Under the pieces are notes generated by a model. That model did not search any database. It saw nothing but the letters and a program-made list of their open reading frames with translations, and was not told where the DNA came from. Below, piece after piece: positions 1 through 9,708 of a stretch of 64,000 nucleotides of DNA. Positions within the stretch are counted from its first letter, which is position 1. Every line of letters starts with the position of its first letter. A program made the translations under genes and the position numbers. The stretch spans positions 1,426,001-1,490,000 of the forward strand of contig VRMN01000001.1 in the NCBI GenBank assembly GCA_008690995.1, read 5' to 3'. The DNA is from Porphyridium purpureum (lineage: Eukaryota).

Positions 1-2
1 CA

Positions 3-311
3 TTGTCTTTCTTGCGAAGTATACGTGACGGAGAGTTCTCGGTGATTTTGATGTGTGACAATCAAGCTGTGATGCGAGTAATAGAGATGGGGTACTCGCC
101 AAAGTTGCATCATATGGCGATAACCCGAGCAACAGATTTGGCCTGGTTGCATCAGGTGTGCGAAAAGCAGAAACTTGTGAAACTGGTATTTGTGAAGACG
201 GACGAAAATGTGGCGGACTTAATGACCAAGGCCTTATTTCCGGAGGGCCACATTAAGTGCTGGGAGAAGTTACGCGTCCCTCAGACCGGAAGGAGGAGCG
301 TGGAATTTTAG
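3..311 (+). CDS. pol: C-terminal RNase H fragment of copia pol (partial, window edge)
   Basis: CDNQ...ADLMTK RNase H motifs; differs from 3288-3596 at two codons. Confidence 0.85.
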   Translation: MSFLRSIRDGEFSVILMCDNQAVMRVIEMGYSPKLHHMAITRATDLAWLHQVCEKQKLVKLVFVKTDENVADLMTKALFPEGHIKCWEKLRVPQTGRRSVEF

Positions 312-1074
312 GGTTCCGCCCCGAGAGACGCCGTAGGGTTTTGAGTACAAAACCCTAGAAAGTTCTATGATGAAAGATTGTTCGAGAAGCGTGATGATCT
401 CGGACCTGTGAAATGTTTGTCATTGTCGTTTTGTGTGGCCTTGTGCAAAGGTCAAAGGCCGGCCGAAGCTTCTGGATTCGTTCTTGACGCGCCCTCCCGG
501 CCATTTTCCGGATACGTGGCCGGCTGTGGTTGCGAGTTGTGGAACGAATCAAAACCTGTGGTGGAAATTCGTCCTGTTGGGAAATTTGAATTCTCCGTCC
601 CGCTGGAAAGAGCAAGGACGAAGGGTATAAAAGGACGAAGGCGTTGGTTCCCAGGAACTGCGTCAAGGGGTAGAAGAAGAGGGGCAAGAAATAAAAAGAG
701 AATTCAATAGCTAATTGAGCATTAGCCGGAAGACTTGGGTTGGATTTCAGGAGAGGCACGCGAAGCGTGCTGTGCGAGCGGGATATCGGTCTGGAGCGTT
801 TTTAAAAAAGGCAGCTAATTTAAACAAAACCTTCCATCACCCTTCACTCTAATAAGACCGGTCCACTCTCCTCGTAGTCCCCTATAAGCTGGAATTTTCT
901 TGTCCCTCTTCTAGCCACCTCTTTCTGATTGTCCCGCTTGTCCTTCCGTTCGCTCTCGGTGTGTCGGTTCGCCGTCGGCCTTGTCAGTTCTGGGTGCGGC
1001 GGCTCTCAGTCCTGCTATCGGTGAAGCGGTCCGGCTCTTTTGCTGATCTGGTTACAAAGCAGAAAGGGAGAAAT
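301..1074 (+). repeat. Central (shared) LTR, 3' terminus truncated
   Basis: Starts TGGAATTT after PPT; TATA-like GGGTATAAAAGG near 623; ends ...GGGAGAAAT without the terminal TCCA seen in the other copy. Confidence 0.8.
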
Positions 1075-1220
1075 CGCGGTAATTACCGCCCGGTTGTTTG
1101 AGAAAATGGAAAGCCATGAAATGAGGCACGAATGTCCCAGTAGTGAGGAAAATGCGGTGATGGATTAGGCAGCTAATCAGCTGCATGCGCGCATTGCGGG
1201 ACAGGAGATGATGATGGGAA

Positions 1221-3596
1221 ATGAGTCTGCTGGAGATGGGGAGATTCGGAGAGGCAGAACACCTCATAAAGCACGAGGTGGGGATTCCGTACAGGCCAAA
1301 CAGTCATGCTGAACAGCAGCGGTTTCACCACACGCTGAATCAGGGAATCCGTGCGAATCTTGTGCAGGCCGGACTCGGGAAGCGTTGGTTCATGCACGCC
1401 GCGCAGCATTTTGCGTTCATGACGAATAGACTTCACGTGGGCAGGAAGTCTGGAAAGACGCCGTTTGAATTACGACATGGTGAAAAATGGTCGCCGAGAA
1501 ATCTTAGTTTGCCATTCGGGTGCAAGGTGGTCTACAAAGATGATCAGCCTGACAATAAGTATGCACCGCGAGGAAAAGTTGGCATTCTCGTCGGCGTTGG
1601 AGAGCATCCGATGGCAATTTTGGTGCTTCCTCGGGATGACTGGACGAGTGAGACCCCAAAAGTAATTCGCACTCAGGATTTTAAGGCATTTACCCATGAG
1701 TTCCCTTTAAAGGGAATTGAACGAGAGATGGTGAGCCTGAGCCAGCAGGAAGAGTTGCCAGAAGTGGACGAACCATCCGCGGTTGAAGCGGTGCAGGACT
1801 TGGATCGTCGTATCGATGCTCTCAGAGCTAGAGAAGCGGAGCTTGAGAAAGAGATCGAGGCATTGAAAGTGAGAGTGGTTGACGAAGAACGGGCAGCAGG
1901 CACGGGTGGTCCAGTGACGATCCCACAGTTGAACTTAACGACTTTGCTGAAAACTGGAGCGGCGTTGGCGTCTGAGCAAGGACGAGCCGCGATGGAAAAA
2001 GAAGTCAAATCCATGCTGAAATTTGGGGTATGGGATGAGAGTCCCTTGACGCTGGAGGAGGCCCGGAGGCAACCTGGTGCTCGTTTCGTACGCACACATT
2101 TCATTTTCGGTCTGAAATTTGCTGAGATGCCGGAAGAATTTCGCAAGGGGAAGTGCCGCTTGGTGGCCGGGGGAAACAGGATATGGGGGTCCGATGGAGC
2201 TGCGACGAATGACATTTTTGATTATGAGACGCCTGCTGGTTTGTCAGCTATCCGAATGATAATAGCTGTGGCTGCAATTCTGGGCCTTCAGATTGTTAGC
2301 TTCGACATCAGTTCGGCATACCTCCATGCGGACCTGTCTGGGCCACCTACGTTTGCATATTTACCGCGTGAAATTTGTGATTCAAAAGGCACAGTAGTCA
2401 GGCTGAGAAAGGCGCTGTATGGCTTGCCCAGGAGCGGCTCGGATTTCTCACAAGATGCTCGGAGGAGATTGCAAAAGTTCCAGTGGAAGCTCGTGCATGG
2501 TGAAAAGAATGTGTACGTCCGGAGAAATGCTGCAAGTTCGTCAGTTGCGTTGTTGGCTCTGTACGTGGATGATGGTCTATTAGCCTGTCGAGAGGAGGAA
2601 CGCCCAGGAATCATCGAAGAATTGAAACAAGAGTTTCTCATAGAAAAAGCACCAGAACTATTGACGGAAGGAGGATCCTTGAGATTCCTGGGGACGAGCA
2701 TTTCCCTCAAAAATGGGAGCGTGAGTTTGGCGAATCAAGAGTATCAAGATGTGGTCATTCGGGAATTTGAGCAGGATATTAGACGCGTATTGCGTGCCGT
2801 GAAGTCACCATCTGAGAAGCTAGATGGCGAGGAAGTTCTGAATTATCAAGTCATCTGGAAGACTTTGAAAGTAAGAGAACACGTCGGGAGGCTGATGTGG
2901 CTCGCCAGAACGGTTCGACCTGATATTGCGTATGCAGTCGGTATGATTGCCCGGTACGTTGACAAGTGGAATGTGGCAGCAGAAAGGCTGCTCGTACGAG
3001 TCGTGCAGTATTTGAAAACACCTCGGGAAGCATTGGAGTATCACGTGTTGGGGAATCTCAAGGAAGGCATCAGAGGGGTGAACATTCTTGGATACACGGA
3101 TGCTGACTTTGCTGGTTGTCCAGAGAGTCGTGTGTCGACTTCTGGAAGAGCAACGTACTTAGTTGCTGGAGATTACAAGTACCTAGTGGATTGGTCTTCG
3201 AGAAAGCAGCGTTTCGTGAGCTCGTCGACTTCAGAGTCGGAGCTGGCCGCCCTAGAGGAAACTGTGCAACTCTCGTTGTTTCCTGCATTGTCTTTCTTGC
3301 GAAGTATACGTGACGGAGAGTTCTCGGTGATTTTGATGTGTGACAATCAAGCTGTGATGCGAGCAATAGAGATGGGGTACTCGCCAAAGTTGCATCATAT
3401 GGCGATAACCCGAGCAACAGATTTGGCCTGGTTGCATCAGGTGTGCGAAAAGCAGAAACTTGTGAAACTGGCATTTGTGAAGACGGACGAAAATGTGGCG
3501 GACTTAATGACCAAGGCCTTATTTCCGGAGGGCCACATTAAGTGCTGGGAGAAGTTACGCGTCCCTCAGACCGGAAGGAGGAGCGTGGAATTTTAG
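1221..3596 (+). CDS. pol: 5'-truncated copia pol: end of integrase core, RT, RNase H (791 aa open frame)
   Basis: IKHEVGIPYRP integrase end, LPFGCKV, KCRLVAGG, LYGL, LYVDD, YTDADFAG, SESEL, CDNQ, ADLMTK; no gag, protease or HHCC zinc finger. Confidence 0.9.
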   Translation: MSLLEMGRFGEAEHLIKHEVGIPYRPNSHAEQQRFHHTLNQGIRANLVQAGLGKRWFMHAAQHFAFMTNRLHVGRKSGKTPFELRHGEKWSPRNLSLPFGCKVVYKDDQPDNKYAPRGKVGILVGVGEHPMAILVLPRDDWTSETPKVIRTQDFKAFTHEFPLKGIEREMVSLSQQEELPEVDEPSAVEAVQDLDRRIDALRAREAELEKEIEALKVRVVDEERAAGTGGPVTIPQLNLTTLLKTGAALASEQGRAAMEKEVKSMLKFGVWDESPLTLEEARRQPGARFVRTHFIFGLKFAEMPEEFRKGKCRLVAGGNRIWGSDGAATNDIFDYETPAGLSAIRMIIAVAAILGLQIVSFDISSAYLHADLSGPPTFAYLPREICDSKGTVVRLRKALYGLPRSGSDFSQDARRRLQKFQWKLVHGEKNVYVRRNAASSSVALLALYVDDGLLACREEERPGIIEELKQEFLIEKAPELLTEGGSLRFLGTSISLKNGSVSLANQEYQDVVIREFEQDIRRVLRAVKSPSEKLDGEEVLNYQVIWKTLKVREHVGRLMWLARTVRPDIAYAVGMIARYVDKWNVAAERLLVRVVQYLKTPREALEYHVLGNLKEGIRGVNILGYTDADFAGCPESRVSTSGRATYLVAGDYKYLVDWSSRKQRFVSSSTSESELAALEETVQLSLFPALSFLRSIRDGEFSVILMCDNQAVMRAIEMGYSPKLHHMAITRATDLAWLHQVCEKQKLVKLAFVKTDENVADLMTKALFPEGHIKCWEKLRVPQTGRRSVEF

Positions 3597-4378
3597 GGTT
3601 CCGCCCCGAGAGACGCCGTAGGGTTTTGAGTACAAAACCCTAGAAAGTTCTATGATGAAAGATTGTTCGAGAAGCGTGATGATCTCGGACCTGCGAAATG
3701 TTTGTCATTGTCGTTTTGTGTGGCCTTGTGCAAAGGTCAAAGGCCGGCCGAAGCTTCTGGATTCGTTCTTGACGCGCCCTCCCGGCCATTTTCCGGATAC
3801 GTGGCCGGCTGTGGTTGCGAGTTGTGGAACGAATCAAAACCTGTGGTGGAAATTCGTCCTGTTGGAGAAATTTGTTCTCCCGTCCTTGCTGGAAAGAGCA
3901 AGGACGAAGGGTATAAAAGGACGAAGGGGCAAGCTGGTTCCCAGGAATTTCCAGGTCAAGGTAGAAGAAGAGGTAAGGGCAAATAGAATAAAAAGAGAAT
4001 TGGTTAGTTGGATTGAGGCAGTCGTTGGAAGACTTGGGTTGGATTTGCGGGAGAGGCACGCTAGCGTGTTGTGCGAGCGGATATCGGTCTGGAGTGTTTT
4101 TAAAAAGGCAGCTGGGGTTTAAACGTACCTTCCATCACCCTTCACTTGTCAAGACCGGTCCACTCCCTCTCGTAGTCCCCTATAAGTTGAATTTTCTGTC
4201 CTCTCTTCCTTTCTAGCCACTTTTCTCTGATTGTCCTGCTTGTCCTTCCGTTCGTTTCGGTGTGTCGGTTCGTCGTCGGTTTGTCAGTTTCCGGGGTGTG
4301 GCGGTTTCCAGTTCCTGTTATCGGTGAAGCGGTCCGGTTTTGTTGATTCGGTTACAAAGCAGAAAGGGAGAAATTCCA
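3586..4378 (+). repeat. 3' LTR (793 bp)
   Basis: Terminal inverted repeat TGGAATTT...AAATTCCA; preceded by PPT-like tract. Confidence 0.9.
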
Positions 4379-5625
4379 ATTCAAACATTTAAATCCATGA
4401 CCACTATTGTCTGTCAAAATGGTGGACGATAAAGGTACAGTAAAAGTGGCATGTCTTCATGACGTCCACTTGTAGCTCTTGTTCGTCAACAAAGGTTTGC
4501 TTGTGGATGTTCGAAAGAATGGAATGCGTTTGGAAACGCAATTGTGGTGATGCGCAGGCGTGCCAGTGGGCAGCGAGCTGCGTAAGGTTGTGTGTCTTGC
4601 TGCGTTGTTGCCACGCAGCTGCTGAAGAGTAGGATGTGTTGGCAATGAGTAGGCATGGCGGAGAAGCACCAAGGATGGTCGGGCACCTCACGCTGCGCTT
4701 AAAGGCAGAGCCGGGAAGCGAGACCAGTGACTGCAATGACAACAAGGCTTGTACGTGCGCCAAGATACAAAGAGTGGAGTTTGGGCATGGCGCTCACTGG
4801 TCGTTGCTACAGCCTCCGGGGGTGATTGCGCGCAGGCGAGGTGGAGTTTACGCCAAAATAAGTAGAGGCGCTGGTAGTGTAGCCGCGTGGCAGACACGTG
4901 CATGGAGAACAGGGCAAAGTGCGTGGCAGGCACAGCGAAATCGCAAAGCCGAAAGAGATGCGAGTCCATTGGTTCAAGGAATGTTCAAGGGTGGCAGGCA
5001 AAGATGCGCATACAGTTCGAGCTGAGCAGTGTGTAAGTTTTGCTTTATTCGAAGTTTTTTTCTTTTTGATTCACGCACGACGCGCTGCGCGAGCCTCACA
5101 AGGCAACGTGAATGCATTTTCCGCGCACCTCCGCCTTCGAATGCCTTTTGCAAAGGTTAGGACAGTGCGCTTCGACGCACGAATTGTGCGCTGCGTCATC
5201 GTTTCAGCAGACTTTGGCGCGATGCCATGCTTTCCAAGAGCCTTCCACATACTTTGGATATCGAATAAGCTTGGTTGTGTGTGATCAATCGCAGCCTCCA
5301 ATACGCGTACCTTTTCCGTGTAGTACGTCATTAGGTTGCGCCACTCCTTCAGTGCGTATTGACCGAGCCTGCTCGCAAAGTCGGACGCCTTCTGCAGTCG
5401 GAAGGCGGGAATGCAGACTCTGCTCCGAGAACTTCTGTTCGTATCTTCCCACCACACCAGCCAACCTTTGCCGGCGAGACAGTAGGCAAGCTGGCCATTC
5501 TCGGCACAAGCCGGTACTTTCCTCTTCAGAAGTGCAGGAGAGACTCTGCGTTGACTAGACGACCTTGCCGACGCTCATCTGCATCCACGCGACGGTCGCT
5601 CACAAGCCCAACCAGCGAGCGCTGA

Positions 5626-5932
5626 TGTTATCCGTTCGACACCAGTCACCTAGAACAGTTCGGCCAGTCCAAAAACGGTAAGCCGTTGAAACGATAGACC
5701 GTCTAACCGTTTCTAGAAGCTTCTTGCGCTTACAGAAACTTCTAGACGTGCGCAGAAATGACAATGATTTACATTGTCAGTTCTCTTGGCGCCTTGCTGT
5801 CCCTGGCGGAGGTAAGGGTAAAAAAGGGCGACGCGCCTGCCCGGACTAGCCGGTCAGGTCTTGCTCGGAAGACAGAAGAGGTAAGGAGGAGGAAGAGTAA
5901 AGAGACCGACAGTAAAGACACTCAAGTACACA
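5626..5932 (+). mobile_element. Solo LTR (307 bp), same family as 61752-62048
   Basis: TG...CA ends; 5-bp TSD GCTGA at 5621-5625 and 5933-5937; aligns with 61752-62048 over ~240 bp. Confidence 0.88.
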
Positions 5933-6794
5933 GCTGACAACACTCGGCTTGTTGAATTCATGGGCGCACGCTCACCCAGTGGCTTGCTTTTAGGTGTGCT
6001 GTTGCGTCCTGGGCCAGTAAAGATCGTGCCGCTTTTAAAGTGAATGCGCGGTCTTCGCGCAGTGCTGTTGGAAGTTACCAGGATTGCAGCACGTCCGAGA
6101 GAAGGGATATTCTAGGGTATGGAAACGACGTGTCACGGTTCGGGGCCACAGGCTTCTCCGGGAGAACATAAAAAAAGAAGGGGAAGACGATGTAGTATGC
6201 TAAATAAAGCAACTTGGTGGCGTATGGTTTTGTCATGCGCACGTGTGGACGTAACAGGCTTCAATTGAACGTCAAGGAACGACCACTTAATGTTGACGCA
6301 CGCGTGGACCCGAACCATGCCCCGCAGGAACCGCAGCGTCGTGAGCTCGGGGCTGGGTGTTTAACACATCACGCATGTTCTCGAACCATCTGGAGCCGCA
6401 AAAGTCTCGACGCGTTGCGCGCGACGCGCTTCCTGGATTTTCTCACTGTTTCATGATGGCAATGCAATGCGCATTGCACCACGGGAGGTACAGTAAGCGT
6501 GCACTGTACTTCTACGGTGCTTCCGTTCGAGCCGGTGCGGCCGGCGGGCAGGGCGGCCGGTGTGAAGTGCGCGAGGCAGAGCAGAAGTGTGAGCGGGGAG
6601 GTAGGGCAGTGAAGCACGCTTCAGCGACGAGAAGGGCAGGACTAGTGCTCGGACCTCGCTCTCGTCACTGCGCGCTGTTTGTGCTTGCGTTTTCTGCGTT
6701 GCGGTACCGGCTTGGTGGGGAAAGCGTGCGCGGGTCGGCGCGGCGTGGGAACGGCAGCCAGGCGGACGCTGCGGTGTACTGACACCTCGCAACC

Positions 6795-8930
6795 ATGGTG
6801 GTCTACAACTTCAAGAAAATTCAGACGGTGCCAACGTCCACCGAGTTTGTGGATGTGGTGCTAAGCCGGACGCAGCGAAAGACGCCAACAGTGGTGCACA
6901 AAGGCTACGCTATTACACGCATTCGTGCGTTTTACATGCGCAAGGTCAAATACACGCAGTCGACCTTTCACGAGAAATTGACTCAGATTCTGGACGATTT
7001 TCCGCGGCTCGAAGAGCTGCACCCATTTTATGCGGACTTGATTAATGTGCTGTACGACCGTGACCACTACAAGCTGGCGCTCGGACAGTTGGCCAAAGCG
7101 CGGTCGCTGGTGGATGGTATCGCCAAAGATTATCTCAAACTGCTCAAATATGGTGACTCGCTTTATCGGTGTAAACAGCTGAAACGCGCGGCGCTTGGAC
7201 GCATGTGCACCTTGATGAAGCGACACACTTCGTCGCTGCAGTACCTGGAGCAAGTTAGGCAGCACATGGGCCGCCTGCCAAGCATCGATCCGGCCACGCG
7301 CACACTGCTAGTCGCGGGCTTTCCCAATGTGGGCAAGTCGTCGTTCATGAATAAGGTGACGCGTGCCGATGTTGACGTCCAGCCGTATGCATTCACGACC
7401 AAGTCGTTGTTCGTAGGACACATGGATTACAAATACCTGCGCTGGCAGGTGATCGACACGCCAGGCATCCTGGATCACTCACTTGAAGAACGCAACACAA
7501 TCGAGATGCAGAGCATTACGGCGCTTGCTCACCTACGCGCCGCGGTTCTATTCTTCATTGACCCGTCCGAGCAGTGCGGCTACGCTTTGCACCAGCAGAT
7601 CGAGCTACTACGCGGCATGGCGCCGCTTTTCCAGAACAAGCCGCTGATCGTGGTGCTGAACAAGACAGACTTGCAGTGGGAGGAAGAGCTCAGTGACGAG
7701 CATCGCCAAGCTCTGGCCGCGCTCGGCCCGAGCGTGGACCAGGCCGTTTCGAGTGGGAATGTTGAAAGCATTGATGTGGATGCTCTGCTGGAGATGAGCC
7801 AATCCAAGCCGGACGACCAGCCGGCGCACGTGGTGATGAAAATGTCTTCTTTGAGTGAGCAGGGCATAGCGCAGGTGCGTTCAGTTGCGTGCGACCTGCT
7901 GCTCAGGCAACGTGTTGACGCCAAGCTTCGCGGGAAGCGAATGAGCGGTGCACTGAACCGCCTGCACGTGGCACAACCGGCGGCGCGCGACGCGCGGCGC
8001 CGCCCGCCCGTGATTCCATCGTCAGTACAGCGAAAGCTTGATGATCTGGACAAGGCCGCCATGGCGACGGCGGCTGGCACATCGGATGACGAACAAGAAA
8101 ACGGGGACCCGGACGTCACGATGGATGAGGACACGCCGATTAGAGGGGAGGCGAAAAATCCTTCGTTGGGCCGCAAGCTCGAACGCGACCGCATGTGGGA
8201 GCTCGGCGGCCCTGGCGTTTTTGCATCCGATTGGCGGCGCGAGTATCGTGACCTGCAGCGCGCCGAGTGGGCGTACGATATTATTCCGGAAATCGTGGAT
8301 GGACACAACATTGCCGATTTTGTGGATCCAGACATTGAGCAGAAGTTGCTTGACTTGGAACGTGAAGAGGAGGCGCGCGTGGCCGCTGAAGAAGAGGTGA
8401 TGGAGGAGGAAGATGAAGACGGTCCGGTGCTAACCGCGGAGCAGCTTGAGCGAGTGCGCGCGATCCGCGAAAAGCGCGCGGTGTTGCGGCAGGAGTCCTG
8501 GATGGAGAAAACCAAGAATCGCCCGTCCGTCCCAGCCTCTCGTCTGGGTAAGCGCACACGCGTCGAGGAGCACCTCGAGGCGCACCTGAATGAAATGGGT
8601 ATGCATGAAGAAGACGCACAGGATGTCGCTGAGGGCATCGCCGATAAGATGCCTCTGCGCAAGGCGGCCAAACGCAGAAGGCTGGTTGAAGTGGAGGAGA
8701 CGGAGACGCAAATGATTGAGCGAAAGGAGGCGCTGGACGCCGCAGCGCGCAAGGCAGGCTTTGCCAATGCGAATCAAAAGGCGTTCGCTAAAAAGGTTGC
8801 GGCGCGCAAGCAGGCCAAGATACACGCGCGAACTCGCCAGCATGGCGATGGCGACCGACACATTCCGAATCTGCGACCGAGACACCTGTTTAGCGGCAAG
8901 CGCGGTATGGGCAAAACGCAGCGCCGGTAG
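6795..8930 (+). CDS. NOG1: Nucleolar GTP-binding protein 1 (NOG1/GTPBP4)
   Basis: YNFKKI N-terminus, GFPNVGKSS, YAFTTKSL, DTPG, NKTD, NOGCT IPEIVDGHNIADFVDPDI, C-terminal HLFSGKRG. Confidence 0.97.
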   Translation: MVVYNFKKIQTVPTSTEFVDVVLSRTQRKTPTVVHKGYAITRIRAFYMRKVKYTQSTFHEKLTQILDDFPRLEELHPFYADLINVLYDRDHYKLALGQLAKARSLVDGIAKDYLKLLKYGDSLYRCKQLKRAALGRMCTLMKRHTSSLQYLEQVRQHMGRLPSIDPATRTLLVAGFPNVGKSSFMNKVTRADVDVQPYAFTTKSLFVGHMDYKYLRWQVIDTPGILDHSLEERNTIEMQSITALAHLRAAVLFFIDPSEQCGYALHQQIELLRGMAPLFQNKPLIVVLNKTDLQWEEELSDEHRQALAALGPSVDQAVSSGNVESIDVDALLEMSQSKPDDQPAHVVMKMSSLSEQGIAQVRSVACDLLLRQRVDAKLRGKRMSGALNRLHVAQPAARDARRRPPVIPSSVQRKLDDLDKAAMATAAGTSDDEQENGDPDVTMDEDTPIRGEAKNPSLGRKLERDRMWELGGPGVFASDWRREYRDLQRAEWAYDIIPEIVDGHNIADFVDPDIEQKLLDLEREEEARVAAEEEVMEEEDEDGPVLTAEQLERVRAIREKRAVLRQESWMEKTKNRPSVPASRLGKRTRVEEHLEAHLNEMGMHEEDAQDVAEGIADKMPLRKAAKRRRLVEVEETETQMIERKEALDAAARKAGFANANQKAFAKKVAARKQAKIHARTRQHGDGDRHIPNLRPRHLFSGKRGMGKTQRR

Positions 8931-9708
8931 TCGACCAGAGTATTGGCGACGGCGACAGATTGGTGCGTGATGGATGAGCTTTCAAAGATTGAAGGGATGG
9001 AGAAGCGCAGTAACCGTAGAGTAGATCCATCCTGTGCGCGCTGACTAGAACTTCACAGAGCGCCGGTCGGGGCTGTGCTCAGTAGAATACAGTGCTCATG
9101 ACGTTGCTGGGCGCATTTGGCACCGGACACCGTATCGCCCACTTTCCACAGCAGGGTCGTGAAAGCTTTTGTACCTCTTTGCCGGAGAAGAAAGTTGAGC
9201 AGCCGTTTTCAGGCATTCGTGTTGAGGGGATATGGTGTTGCTTTGGCCCTATTCAGATTGCACGCGCGGCGTGAGCGTTTGATTTTTGATGAAAAGAAGA
9301 GGATTCTATCTCTAGTGTACGTGTGTGTTTGTGTGAATGCCTTGCCGCTTCAACTGCAACTTCGTGCAAGCTCTGCGTCGTGCAGTGCTTGCAATCTCTG
9401 GCTGTGACGTCGCCTAATTTAGCCGCGCGGTGATCCGGTTGGAGATAAAACGAATCGGTTATTTGGAATACGACTGTGTTCTTCTTTTTTTCGAGGCCTT
9501 TCCTTCCACTTTATTCCGTTCCGCTTGAACGGTGACTTCTTTGAACCTGCTGTGCACGCGGATTTGTGCCTGCGCGCAAAGCCAGAAACCCAAAGGGCAA
9601 GCTGTAGAAGATAGGATGCGGAGGTTGCTGCACTTGATGACGCCAACTTCACTCGCCATGCTGCGAGGACGCGGGCAAACAAGAGGAGAGAAAAAGAAAT
9701 ACAAACTA

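Larger units (their letters stand above)
1..4378 (+). mobile_element. Tandem Ty1/copia LTR retrotransposon locus: pol end - LTR - deleted internal region - LTR; 5' part outside window
   Basis: 1-~580 repeats almost exactly at offset 3285. Domain order IN-RT-RNaseH. PPT-like GGAAGGAGGAGCG lies directly before TGGAATTT at 301 and 3586. Confidence 0.9.

Noticed and set aside
355..759. ORFs inside LTRs (also 3640-4122, 57715-58004, 63033-63278)
   Set aside because: Left-hand ones are not frame-conserved between LTR copies; none has a recognisable domain.
4379..6400. Short ORFs and a possible degenerate transposase or gene around the solo LTR
   Set aside because: No frame gave a recognisable motif, even after removing the solo LTR.
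7580..8767. Long antisense ORFs (also 29654-31153, 18392-19219, 60447-61439)
   Set aside because: Shadow ORFs of GC-rich coding sequence with no motifs.
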